Source: Hydrurus foetidus (lineage: Eukaryota). From it: a stretch of DNA of 64,000 nt. Position numbers and translations under genes: made by a program. Numbering within the stretch: position 1 is the first letter of the stretch; each line of letters begins with the position of its first letter. The stretch spans positions 1-64,000 of the forward strand of contig UYFQ01000023.1 of the NCBI GenBank assembly GCA_900617105.1, written 5' to 3'. Shown here piece after piece: positions 10,163 to 19,599 of the stretch. The notes under the pieces are model-generated. The model saw only the letters and a list, made by a program, of their open reading frames with translations, was not told the origin of the DNA and ran no database searches.

Positions 10163-10199
10163 ACCCAAGCCCCAAAGCAGGCCTGGATTGACACGGACA

Positions 10200-11462
10200 A
10201 TGCAGGCTATGAACACCCTTAAAACGATCAAAAACATCCAAAACTTCAACGCCGGGCGCGATGCTGAGCGCTTGTCGCTCAAATACGCCCATATGCGGGC
10301 CGACCCTTTTGTGTTCTTGCGCGGCACCTGCCACCTGTTTTACGGCCAGCTCGCCCACATTGCAACACTGCCCACTTCACCCAGCGTCTGGGTCTGCGGC
10401 GATTTGCACCTGCAAAACTTTGGCAGTTACAAGGGCGACAACCGGCTGACCTACTTTGACATCAACGATTTCGACGAAACCGCCCTGGCCCCGGCCAGTT
10501 GGGACGTGCTGCGGTTTTTAACCAGCCTGCGCGTGGGCGCACAAACCTTGGGCATCAACCCCGATGAAGTGAACGCCCTGTGCCAGCGCTTCCTCGCCAC
10601 CTACGCCAGCGCCCTGACCTTGGGCAAAAGCCGTTGGGTGGAGCGCGACACCGCCGACGGCCCCATCGGCCAACTGCTGAGCAGCCTGCGCGTTCGCAAA
10701 CGGGTTGATTTTTTGGACAAACGCACCGAGCGCCACGGCAAACAGCGCCGGTTGCGCATCGACGGTCAAAAAGCACTCCCAGCCAGCGACAAGCAGCGCC
10801 TGAAAATCACCAGCTTCATGGATGAATTCGCCAGCCAGCAACCTAACCCCGCGTTTTTTCGCGTGCTGGACGTGGCCCGGCGAATAGCGGGCACCGGCAG
10901 CCTGGGCGTGGCACGCTATGTGGTGCTGGTTGAAGGACGCGGCTCGCCCAACAGCAACTACTTGCTTGATGTGAAACAAGCCCTGCCCTCGTCGCTGGCC
11001 GCTCACCTCGATGCCATCAAATCCCCTAAGTTGACGCAACCTCAATGGAAAAGCGAGGCCCACCGCATCGTCACCGTGCAAAGCCGCGCACAAGCCGTGC
11101 CCATGGCCTTTTTGCACCCCGTGCGAATCGGTAAAACCGCCTATGTGCTGCGCGATTTGCAGCCCGTGGAAGACCGCCTGCCCCTCAGCCGTGACAGCAT
11201 GCGCAAACCCGAGCTGCACCAAGTCATTACCACGATGGCCAACGTGCTCGCATGGTCACACCTGCGCAGCGCAGGCTTCCACGGCTCAGCCATTGCCGAC
11301 GAGCTAAGCGACTTTGGCCGCAACCTCAAATGGCCTAAAAAGCTGATGAGCGCCAGCGCCGACTGCGCCGTGCTGGTGACAAACGACTGGGTGGACTACG
11401 CGGAGGCGTTTGATGGGGGGCGTTTGAGATCAAGTCTAAAAGCTGAATATCAGCTGATTTAA
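10200..11462 (+). CDS. DUF2252-like protein (kinase-like fold), start uncertain
   Basis: PFVFLRG, CGDLHLQNFG, FDINDFDE, WDVLR, GTGSLG and DVKQA motifs. Confidence 0.8.
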   Translation: MQAMNTLKTIKNIQNFNAGRDAERLSLKYAHMRADPFVFLRGTCHLFYGQLAHIATLPTSPSVWVCGDLHLQNFGSYKGDNRLTYFDINDFDETALAPASWDVLRFLTSLRVGAQTLGINPDEVNALCQRFLATYASALTLGKSRWVERDTADGPIGQLLSSLRVRKRVDFLDKRTERHGKQRRLRIDGQKALPASDKQRLKITSFMDEFASQQPNPAFFRVLDVARRIAGTGSLGVARYVVLVEGRGSPNSNYLLDVKQALPSSLAAHLDAIKSPKLTQPQWKSEAHRIVTVQSRAQAVPMAFLHPVRIGKTAYVLRDLQPVEDRLPLSRDSMRKPELHQVITTMANVLAWSHLRSAGFHGSAIADELSDFGRNLKWPKKLMSASADCAVLVTNDWVDYAEAFDGGRLRSSLKAEYQLI

Positions 11463-11494
11463 TAAGCACAGGTAGCTATCTTTTTAAGAGCAAT
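11420..11494. repeat. Left copy of a ~75-bp direct repeat flanking vapBC; contains the GCTAT-N7-AKAGC element
   Basis: Ungapped alignment to 12303-12377 with 14 mismatches in 75 bp (manual count); overlaps the DUF2252 stop. Confidence 0.85.
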
Positions 11495-11601
11495 CACAGT
11501 ACAGCAGTGCTGGCTGTCCGAGTGAGGCAATCACAAACATGCATGCAAATTTCCGCTTTGTGTAAAATTTCCTTACTTTTAAAAATTTGAAAGCTTATTT
11601 T

Positions 11602-11871
11602 ATGATCGCTTCACTCACCAGCAAGGGGCAACTCACCCTGCCCAAAGGAATTCGTGATCTGCTCGGCTTGACCGCAGGGAGTCTGCTGGATTTCAGCGTC
11701 AATGAGCAGGGATGGCTGATGGCACGTCCGATCAACAACACGGCGCTAGGATTGGCCGGGATGTTGCACCGACCTGGGCAGATGGCCGTGTCGGTGGAGG
11801 CCATGAACGAGGCGGTACAAGCCACAGCTGCGGCGTTAAACACCACGGATGAAGCAGGCAGCACACCGTGA
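11602..11871 (+). CDS. AbrB/MazE-type antitoxin (VapB-like)
   Basis: ASLTSKGQLTLPKGIRDLLGLTAGSLLDF swapped-hairpin signature; GTGA overlap with the PIN gene. Confidence 0.88.
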   Translation: MIASLTSKGQLTLPKGIRDLLGLTAGSLLDFSVNEQGWLMARPINNTALGLAGMLHRPGQMAVSVEAMNEAVQATAAALNTTDEAGSTP

Positions 11872-12275
11872 TTGGCCTGGATACCAATGCACTGATTCGC
11901 CTGTTAACCGAAGACGATGCCGCACAGGCAGCGGCGGTGCGTGCCCGTCTGGCTCCGCTGGACGCGATAGCCGAGTCGGTGTTATTGAACGATGTGGTGT
12001 TGGTTGAAACACTGTGGACGCTGCGCCGCAGCTATGGTTTTGAGCGGGCCACGCTGCACAACTTACTTGACCGGCTGCTGTCAGCACGCACCTTTTGCTT
12101 TGAGAACCGCAACACTGTCGTTCAGGCGGCAAACCTTTATGCCCACAGCAAAGCCGATTTTTCAGATTGCTTGATCGCGGCAAAAAATGCCCACTTGGGG
12201 TGCGACACCACAGTGACTTTTGACAAAGCCATGAACAACCTGCCACAGGTAGAGCTGCTGCGAACCAAGGCATGA
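11868..12275 (+). CDS. vapC: PIN-domain toxin (VapC family)
   Basis: IGLDTNALIR, VLVETLWTL, ADFSDCLI, TVTFDK. Confidence 0.9.
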   Translation: MIGLDTNALIRLLTEDDAAQAAAVRARLAPLDAIAESVLLNDVVLVETLWTLRRSYGFERATLHNLLDRLLSARTFCFENRNTVVQAANLYAHSKADFSDCLIAAKNAHLGCDTTVTFDKAMNNLPQVELLRTKA

Positions 12276-12302
12276 CTGAACTTTCAACACGTTGATGATG
12301 TG

Positions 12303-12377
12303 GCGTTTGAAATTATGGCTAAAAGCTGAATAAATGCTTTCTGAATAAGCACAGGCAGCTATTGTTTTAAGAGCAAT
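12303..12377. repeat. Right copy of the ~75-bp direct repeat flanking vapBC
   Basis: See the left copy at 11420-11494. Confidence 0.85.
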
Positions 12378-12382
12378 TTACC

Positions 12383-13690
12383 TCAGGCCACCTCAGGCAT
12401 TAACCACCGCACCAGCTGCGCCGTCACCTCGGGGCTGCTGAGCAGTTGCATGTGGTTCATGCGGTAGATGATGCGTTGGGAGGCTTTGGCGAAAACCAAG
12501 GTGCGTGCAGCTTCATCGTGCAAACCCAGTGCGCTGCGCAGGGGCACCAAGCCGTCGCCAATCAAGCGGTCTGCGATGGCGCTGCGTTGGGCGGCTGTGG
12601 TGGCGGCCACTGTGAAGCAGGCCACGCCTTCAGGCAGGGGGACGGGGTGGCGGCTGTCGGGTTGTTTGCGGAAGCGGTCTTTGCCCACCCAATCAGCATC
12701 CGCCACATGGCCGTAGCGCAAATCGGTGATGCCGGCGCTGCGCAGTTGCACCAGCTTGGTAAACGGTTTGCTGTAGGGCGTTGCACCCAGCAACACGTCC
12801 ACCCAGTTGCCCGCACGTTCCAGGGGCGCACCGTGGTGTGGGGTGCCCAGGAAAACGATGTTTTTGAGCAGCTTGGGCCAGCGCAGGGTTGTACCTACCT
12901 CTGTGGCGCTTTGTTTGGCGCTTTGCACGGCGCTGCGCGTGACCAAACCGCCCATGCTGTGGGCTACTACGGTGATCTCGTCTAAGGGCACCGGCCAGTG
13001 CGCGACCAACTGCTCCAGTTGCGCGGACAGGCTGTGGCCGTTTTGTGAGGTGTGCAGGCCGGTGTTGTAGCGCAGGTAAACGGCGGTGTAGCCCAAGGCG
13101 GCGGCGAGGGCTTGTCCGTGATCGTGGTGATGGGTCTGATCGCCCCCCTCCCCTTGTGCGGTGCGCCACTGCAAATCGTTCATGCACAGGCCATGTACCA
13201 GCAGCACCAGCTTAGCGGTGGGTTTGAAATCTGTGGGCAGCGCTTGCCAGTTGAGGGCAACGCCACCCACGCGAAAAGTCATCGGCGTTGCCAGCGGGTT
13301 TTGGCCCTCTGCCAAACGGTCGCCCATCACGCCGTTCAGCGCGGCCAGCACGGCTTCGCGCTGGGGCGTGGCGGCTTGGCCGTCCTTGGGTTCCAGCGAC
13401 TCCAGCCAAGGCTGTAAGCCAGTTAACGCCAAGCCTACGGTTTTACCGGCCAGCTGCGTCACACCGTGGATGCTTTGGTACACCAAGCCCGTGATCCCAC
13501 CTGTCTGTTCTGGCGTTTTACCCCCTTTCGCCCCCAGCGTGCGCCACACCGACTGGTGAACACCTTCGGCGATGCGAGTGACACCTACAGTGGCCTGCGT
13601 TGCCAGCTGCGCCACACCGCGCAAGTCCGAAGCCCGCAGGTGTTTGAGGGGATTTTGAGAGATCGGTTTTGGAGGGAGGAGTGAGGTCAT
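12383..13690 (-). CDS. Alpha/beta hydrolase (PGAP1/lipase-like)
   Basis: LVHGLCM, AHSMGGLV nucleophile elbow, FLGTPHHGAPLE, GDGLVP; CAGGAGG is not upstream on this strand, so the start is moderately supported. Confidence 0.85.
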   Translation of the reverse strand: MTSLLPPKPISQNPLKHLRASDLRGVAQLATQATVGVTRIAEGVHQSVWRTLGAKGGKTPEQTGGITGLVYQSIHGVTQLAGKTVGLALTGLQPWLESLEPKDGQAATPQREAVLAALNGVMGDRLAEGQNPLATPMTFRVGGVALNWQALPTDFKPTAKLVLLVHGLCMNDLQWRTAQGEGGDQTHHHDHGQALAAALGYTAVYLRYNTGLHTSQNGHSLSAQLEQLVAHWPVPLDEITVVAHSMGGLVTRSAVQSAKQSATEVGTTLRWPKLLKNIVFLGTPHHGAPLERAGNWVDVLLGATPYSKPFTKLVQLRSAGITDLRYGHVADADWVGKDRFRKQPDSRHPVPLPEGVACFTVAATTAAQRSAIADRLIGDGLVPLRSALGLHDEAARTLVFAKASQRIIYRMNHMQLLSSPEVTAQLVRWLMPEVA

Positions 13691-13758
13691 ATCAGCCCGT
13701 TCAGGAGGAAAAATTGTCTAAGACAAATTGAATTGTGAACAACAAACCTCCGTCCTGT

Positions 13759-13884
13759 TAGGGGATATCACCTAGGGGCAATCTACAGCGCTTTGGTGGC
13801 AACTCCGATACTTTAACTTTCCATCCAAGGGTTATTACTAGAATTTCAGTGCAAAAAAGTACCTCAATTAACCCTTGGAGTATC
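13759..13884 (+). promoter_or_regulatory. Regulatory region of the polyol operon
   Basis: Near-palindrome TAGGGGATATCACCTA (13759-13774); perfect 11-bp inverted repeat (13824-13834/13869-13879); AGTGC-N5-AGTAC at 13848 and AGTAT 21 bp after AGTAC. Confidence 0.5.
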
Positions 13885-13977
13885 GCCGATACAGCTTCCT
13901 AAAACCTACGATAACAGCACCGAACAAGCGCAGTGAATGCGCTAGCGGGATTTGTCCAAAACCTCCGGAGACCTTCC

Positions 13978-15300
13978 ATGAAAATAAAAGCCTGTGCTGC
14001 CCTCGTGACCGCGATGCTCGCTACCCTCGGTACATCCACCGGTGCTTTCGCTGCAACTGATTTGGTTATTGCCACTGTAAACAACGGCCACATGATCACC
14101 ATGCAAAAGCTGACCAAGCACTTTGAAGCGGCCAATCCCGATGTCAAAGTGAAGTGGGTCACCTTGGAAGAGGGCGTGCTGCGCCAGCGCGTCACCACCG
14201 ACATCGCCACCAAGGGCGGCCAGTTTGACGTGATGACGATTGGTTTGTACGAAGCCCCCATCTGGTCGAAAAAAGGCTGGTTGCTTCCTATCTCCACAGA
14301 CGCCGCGTATGACGTGGACGACATGCTGCCCGCCATCCGCAGCGGTTTGTCCATGAACGGCAAGCTCTACGCCGCCCCGTTCTACGGCGAAAGCTCGATG
14401 ACCATGTACCGCGCTGACTTGGTCAAAGCCGCTGGCTTGACCATGCCCGCCAACCCTACGTGGACGGAAATGGCCAACATCGTCAGCAAGATTCACGACC
14501 CCGTCAAGGGCGTGTACGGCCTGTGCCTGCGTGGCAAACCCGGTTGGGGCGACAACATGGCGTTCTTGACAACCATGGTCAACGCCTACGGTGGGCAATG
14601 GTTTGACATGGCCTGGAAGCCCCAAATCGACACCAAGCCTTGGCACGATGCGATCAACCAGTACGTTGATTTGATGAAGAAATACGGCCCCCCCGGTGCC
14701 TCTGCCAACAGCTTCAACGAAAACTTGGCACTGATGAACGAAGGCAAATGCGGCGTGTGGATTGACGCCACCATTGCAGCATCTTTCGTGAGTGACCCTA
14801 AGCAGTCCAAAGTGGCTGACAAAATGGCCTTCACCCAAGCGCCTAGCGCGGTGACCGCCAAGGGCTCTAACTGGTTGTGGTCGTGGAATCTGGCTGTGCC
14901 TACCTCGTCCAAAAAACCTGAATTGGCACAAAAGTTCATCACTTGGGCGACATCCAAAGACTATGTGAACTTGGTCGCCAAAGAAGAAGGCTGGGCATCT
15001 GTGCCTACCGGCACCCGCAAATCCACCTACGCGAACCCTGAGTTCCAAAAAGTGGCCAAGTTTGCCGTGGAAGAGTTGAAAGCCATCAACAGCGCCAACC
15101 CGAACGACAGCACCTTGCCCAAGTCGCCTTACACCGGCGTGCAGTACGCAGCGATTCCTGAATTCCAAGCGATCGGTATCGCTGTGGGTCAGCAAATGAG
15201 CGCGGTTTTGGCAGGCAAAGTCACAGTGGATGCCGCACTGAAGACCGCACAGACTGCGGCCGAGCGTGAAATGACCAAGGGCGGTTACTACAAAAAGTAA
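13978..15300 (+). CDS. smoE: Polyol (sorbitol/mannitol/arabitol) ABC transporter substrate-binding protein, SmoE/MtlE-like
   Basis: ATVNNGHM, LEEGVLRQRVTTDIATKGGQFD, CLRGKPGWGDN; GGAG RBS before ATG 13978. Confidence 0.88.
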   Translation: MKIKACAALVTAMLATLGTSTGAFAATDLVIATVNNGHMITMQKLTKHFEAANPDVKVKWVTLEEGVLRQRVTTDIATKGGQFDVMTIGLYEAPIWSKKGWLLPISTDAAYDVDDMLPAIRSGLSMNGKLYAAPFYGESSMTMYRADLVKAAGLTMPANPTWTEMANIVSKIHDPVKGVYGLCLRGKPGWGDNMAFLTTMVNAYGGQWFDMAWKPQIDTKPWHDAINQYVDLMKKYGPPGASANSFNENLALMNEGKCGVWIDATIAASFVSDPKQSKVADKMAFTQAPSAVTAKGSNWLWSWNLAVPTSSKKPELAQKFITWATSKDYVNLVAKEEGWASVPTGTRKSTYANPEFQKVAKFAVEELKAINSANPNDSTLPKSPYTGVQYAAIPEFQAIGIAVGQQMSAVLAGKVTVDAALKTAQTAAEREMTKGGYYKK

Positions 15301-15408
15301 TCACAAGAAGTGAACCCTAAGTACCTCGGTACAGGGTTACTTCCGACCCACCCCCTCTTGCCATGCAGGACGGGGTGGACAGTCACGCCCCTTCACTGAA
15401 AGCCCCCC

Positions 15409-16266
15409 ATGAACCGCTTCCTTCCCCGTGCGCTGATGGCACCCAGCATCGTCATGCTGTTTCTGTGGATGATCGTTCCGCTGGTGATGACGCTGTATTT
15501 TTCCGTCGTCCACTACAACCTGATGCAACCCGGCGATAAAGCGTTCGTTGGCCTGGAAAACTTCAGTTACTTCATGACCGACCCGGATTTCTGGCCTTCG
15601 GTGATGCACACACTGCAACTGTTGGGTTCTGTGGTCGTTATCACCGTGGTGCTGGGTATTGGCCTCGCGTTGCTGGTCAACGAGCCCTTCCCTGGTCAAG
15701 GCATCGTTCGCGTGCTGTTGATTTCCCCCTTCTTTGTCATGCCCACCGTGAATGCCTTGCTGTGGAAGCACATGATGATGAACCCGATTTACGGCGTGAT
15801 GGCGCATGTGTGGCAGTTCTTTGGCCTGACACCGATCGACTGGATGACCGATTTCCCACTGATCTCCGTCATCATCATGCTGTCGTGGCAATGGCTGCCT
15901 TTTGCCTGCTTGATTTTCATCACCTCGTTGCAGTCACTTGACCGCGAGCAGATGGACGCGGCGGGCATGGACGGTGCCACCGCTTTCGACAAATTCTTCT
16001 ACCTCGTGCTGCCTCACATGGGCCGCTCCATCGCTGTCGTGGTGATGATTGAGATGATTTTCCTGCTCAGCGTGTTTGCTGAAATCTTCACCACCACCGG
16101 TGGCGGCCCAGGCAACGACAGCACCAACTTGGCGTTCTTGATCTTCAAGCAAGCGCTGATGAACTTTGACGTGGGTGTGGCTTCCGCAGGTGCGCTGTTC
16201 GCCGTGCTTTTGGCCAACATCGCCTCATTCTTCTTGGTCCGACTCGTCGGCAAGAACCTGGACTGA
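15409..16266 (+). CDS. smoF: Polyol ABC transporter permease, SmoF/MtlF-like
   Basis: TM segments; EAA-like loop DAAGMDGA; FTTTGGGPG. Confidence 0.88.
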   Translation: MNRFLPRALMAPSIVMLFLWMIVPLVMTLYFSVVHYNLMQPGDKAFVGLENFSYFMTDPDFWPSVMHTLQLLGSVVVITVVLGIGLALLVNEPFPGQGIVRVLLISPFFVMPTVNALLWKHMMMNPIYGVMAHVWQFFGLTPIDWMTDFPLISVIIMLSWQWLPFACLIFITSLQSLDREQMDAAGMDGATAFDKFFYLVLPHMGRSIAVVVMIEMIFLLSVFAEIFTTTGGGPGNDSTNLAFLIFKQALMNFDVGVASAGALFAVLLANIASFFLVRLVGKNLD

Positions 16267-16283
16267 ACCAGAGATTCACCATC

Positions 16284-17099
16284 ATGCCTAAAAAGACTCC
16301 TTTTCCCATCGTCCGCACCGTGTGTGCCTGGGGCGTGGCACTGTTCCTGTTTTTTCCGTTGTTCTGGCTCGCCATCACAGCGTTCAAAACCGAAGCCCAA
16401 GCCATCGCCGGTGATTTGTTCTTCACGCCCACGCTGCACAGCTTTATTGAAGTGCAAGAGCGCAGCAACTACGCACTCTTTGCCCTGAACTCGTTGATTA
16501 CGAGCCTGGGTTCCACCGTCCTCGGTATCTTGATTGCCGTGCCAGCCGCCTATTCGATGGCCTTCTTCCCCAGCAAGAAGACCAAAGACATCTTGCTGTG
16601 GATGCTCAGCACAAAAATGATGCCCGCCGTCGGTGCCCTGGTGCCGGTCTACGTGATGGCGCAAACCGTGGGCATGTTGGATTCGTTGACCGCCCTGGTC
16701 ATCATTTTCACCCTCTCCAACCTGCCCATCATGGTGTGGATGCTGTTCAGCGCATTCAAAGAAGTCCCTAAAGACATTCTGGAAGCCGTGCGTTTGGACG
16801 GTGCCACCGTGTGGGAAGAATTCCGCCATGTGATCTTGCCGCTGACCATGGGCGGTATCGCCTCCACCGGTCTGCTGTGCTTGGTGCTGTCGTGGAACGA
16901 AGCGTTCTGGGTGCTGAACCTGACCTCGGCCAACGCCGGTACGCTGGCTTCGCTGATCGCGTCGTACTCCAGCCCTGAAGGTTTGTTCTGGGCTAAGTTG
17001 TCGGCTGCATCGCTGCTCGCCATCGCTCCCATCATCGTTTTCGGCTGGTTCAGCCAGAAGCAACTCGTCCAAGGCTTGACCTTCGGCGCAGTCAAATAA
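16284..17099 (+). CDS. smoG: Polyol ABC transporter permease, SmoG/MtlG-like
   Basis: LEAVRLDGA, SWNEAFW, QKQLVQGLTFGAVK. Confidence 0.88.
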   Translation: MPKKTPFPIVRTVCAWGVALFLFFPLFWLAITAFKTEAQAIAGDLFFTPTLHSFIEVQERSNYALFALNSLITSLGSTVLGILIAVPAAYSMAFFPSKKTKDILLWMLSTKMMPAVGALVPVYVMAQTVGMLDSLTALVIIFTLSNLPIMVWMLFSAFKEVPKDILEAVRLDGATVWEEFRHVILPLTMGGIASTGLLCLVLSWNEAFWVLNLTSANAGTLASLIASYSSPEGLFWAKLSAASLLAIAPIIVFGWFSQKQLVQGLTFGAVK

Positions 17100-17124
17100 T
17101 TCATTCGCATTCGAGGAAAGCATC

Positions 17125-18168
17125 ATGTCGTTCTTACAACTCCGTGGCGTAGAAAAAGTGTTTGGCGAGCACCGTGTCATCAAAGGTGTCAACCTGGACA
17201 TCAACAAAAACGAATTCATCGTGTTCGTCGGCCCCTCGGGCTGTGGCAAATCCACGCTGCTGCGCATGATTGCCGGGCTAGAGACCATTGACGGCGGCTC
17301 GCTGCATGTGGATGGCCGTGACATCACCCACCTGCCGTCGTCACAGCGCGAGCTGGCGATGGTGTTCCAAAGCTATGCGCTTTACCCGCACATGACGGTG
17401 TACGACAACATGTCGTTCGCCCTCAAACTGGCCAAGGTTTCGCCCGACGAGATCAAAAAGAAAGTGGAAAGCGCGGCTGAAAAGCTCAACCTCACCGCCT
17501 ACCTCCAGCGCACGCCCAAAGAGCTGTCTGGCGGCCAGCGCCAGCGCGTTGCCATTGGCCGCGCCATTGTTCGCGCCCCCAAAATCTTTTTGTTTGACGA
17601 GCCACTCTCCAACTTGGATGCCGCTTTGCGGGGTCAAACCCGCGTTGAAATCCACAAGCTGCACCGCGCCCTGGGCGTGACCACGATTTACGTGACGCAC
17701 GATCAAGTCGAAGCCATGACCTTGGCTGACCGCGTGGTAGTGCTGCGTGATGGCACCGTGGAGCAAGTCGGTGCGCCGCTGGAGCTGTACGACAAACCCG
17801 CCAACCAGTTCGTCGCGCAGTTCATCGGTATGCCGTCGATGAACATCGTGAAAGCATCACAACTCTCGCAGTTTGGTGCCTTGGCCGGTCAAGCCGCAGG
17901 CCGCGTGCCCGCTGACGGTTTGATCGGTGTGCGCCCTGAAGGTGTGCGCGTCATGCCGCACGGCAGCGCAGGCGTGCCCGGCAAGGTGGAATTGATTGAA
18001 GCCCTGGGCGCTGACACGCTGATTCACGTGGACGTGATGGGCACGTCGATGATTTCGCGCCAAGCCGAGCGCACCACGCTGCAACTGGGCGACCCCGTGA
18101 CGCTGGCGTTCGATCTGGACACGCTGCATTGTTTTGACAAAGCGGGCCGCATGGTCTCGTTGGCTTAA
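17125..18168 (+). CDS. smoK: Sugar ABC transporter ATP-binding protein, SmoK/MtlK-like
   Basis: [31 protein letters not shown]-terminal TOBE-like region. Confidence 0.9.
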   Translation: MSFLQLRGVEKVFGEHRVIKGVNLDINKNEFIVFVGPSGCGKSTLLRMIAGLETIDGGSLHVDGRDITHLPSSQRELAMVFQSYALYPHMTVYDNMSFALKLAKVSPDEIKKKVESAAEKLNLTAYLQRTPKELSGGQRQRVAIGRAIVRAPKIFLFDEPLSNLDAALRGQTRVEIHKLHRALGVTTIYVTHDQVEAMTLADRVVVLRDGTVEQVGAPLELYDKPANQFVAQFIGMPSMNIVKASQLSQFGALAGQAAGRVPADGLIGVRPEGVRVMPHGSAGVPGKVELIEALGADTLIHVDVMGTSMISRQAERTTLQLGDPVTLAFDLDTLHCFDKAGRMVSLA

Positions 18169-18189
18169 ACAGCGAAAGAATTGACCGTC

Positions 18190-19599
18190 ATGTCCTCTTC
18201 AGAAAATTTTGTCATGCTGCACCTGGGCGTGGGCTCGTTCCACCGCGCCCACCAAGCCGTTTACATGCACCGGCTGCGCCAAACCGGCGACACCCGTTGG
18301 TCGCTTGCCGGGGGCAACACCCGGCCCGACATGCCTGAGACGATGGCGGCGCTGGCGGCCCAAGGCGGGGCGTACATGCTGGAAACCGTCACGCCGCAAA
18401 ACGTGCGCAGCTACGAGCGCATCGAGTCCATCCGCCAAATCATCCCGTATGACGCGACGCTGGCCGGTTTGATAGCCGTGGGTGCAGCGGCCAACACCCG
18501 CATCATCTCGTTCACCGTCACCGAAGCCGGGTACTACCTCGATCCGCAAGACCAGTTGGATGTCAGCGCACCTGACTTGGCAGCCGACTTGGCACGTGCC
18601 CAAAACGGCCAGCCCGGCAGCTGCATTTACGCGGCACTCACCGCCATCCTGCGTGAACGCATGAAGCGCGCTGCTGGCCCCGTCACCCTGCTGAACTGCG
18701 ACAACCTGCGCCACAACGGCGACAAGGTGCGCAAAGGGCTGCTGTCCTTCATGGGCCTGTTGAACGATGCCACCTTGCTGGCATGGGTCACAGCGAACAC
18801 CAGCTACCCGAATGCGATGGTTGACCGCATCACACCGCGCCCTGCGCCTGAGTTACGTGCTCGCGTTTCAGGCGCAACTGGCGTAGATGACGGCGCTGCC
18901 ATCATGGGCGAATCGTTCATCCAATGGGTGATTGAAGACAACTTCTGCGCGGGCCGCCCCGACTGGGAAAAAGTCGGCGTGCAAATGGTCGCGTCCGTCG
19001 CACCGTTTGAAGAAACCAAAATCCGCCTGCTCAACGCCACCCACAGCTGCATCGCTTGGGCGGGCACGCTGGCGGGCTACGCCTACATCCACGAAGGCAC
19101 GCACGACGCACGCATCCGTCAAATGGCGTTTGATTACGTCACCACCGACGTGATGCCCTGCCTGGACTCACCCGCTGCACCCTGCCCGCTCGATTTGGCA
19201 GCCTACCGCGACACCGTGCTTGACCGTTTTGGCAACCCCGCCATCCAAGACACCAACCAGCGCGTAGCCGCTGACGGCTTCAGCAAAATCCCTGGCTTTA
19301 TCGCCCCGACGGTGCGTGAATGCTTGGCCGGTGGCCGCAGCATAGATGCCGTCGCCATACTGCCCGCGCTCTTTTTGGCGTTCTTGCAGCGCTGGCACCG
19401 GGGCGAGCTGTCTTACGCCTACCAGGACCAAGCAATGGATACGGATATGGCCCACGCCATGTGCGATGCCACCGATCCGGTGCTCGCCTTGGCCAGCCAT
19501 GCGGTGTTTTGGGGTGAGTTAGCTGGAGACGCACGCTTGGTGGTGGCACTGCGCCGCGCAGCAAACCGTGTCACAAAATTTGAAAAGGAAGTTAAATGA
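18190..19599 (+). CDS. Mannitol dehydrogenase family polyol dehydrogenase, probably D-arabinitol 4-dehydrogenase (DalD-like)
   Basis: HLGVGSFHRAHQA, TVTEAGY, CDNLRHNG, MVDRITP, KIRLLNATH; operon includes xylulokinase. Confidence 0.85.
   Translation: MSSSENFVMLHLGVGSFHRAHQAVYMHRLRQTGDTRWSLAGGNTRPDMPETMAALAAQGGAYMLETVTPQNVRSYERIESIRQIIPYDATLAGLIAVGAAANTRIISFTVTEAGYYLDPQDQLDVSAPDLAADLARAQNGQPGSCIYAALTAILRERMKRAAGPVTLLNCDNLRHNGDKVRKGLLSFMGLLNDATLLAWVTANTSYPNAMVDRITPRPAPELRARVSGATGVDDGAAIMGESFIQWVIEDNFCAGRPDWEKVGVQMVASVAPFEETKIRLLNATHSCIAWAGTLAGYAYIHEGTHDARIRQMAFDYVTTDVMPCLDSPAAPCPLDLAAYRDTVLDRFGNPAIQDTNQRVAADGFSKIPGFIAPTVRECLAGGRSIDAVAILPALFLAFLQRWHRGELSYAYQDQAMDTDMAHAMCDATDPVLALASHAVFWGELAGDARLVVALRRAANRVTKFEKEVK

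Noticed and set aside
15313..15380. Two hairpins after smoE as an ncRNA or riboswitch
   Set aside because: Position fits ordinary mRNA-stabilising or attenuating stem-loops after a binding-protein gene; no family signature recognised
13942..17327. 417-aa and 437-aa minus-strand ORFs
   Set aside because: Antisense to the polyol ABC genes
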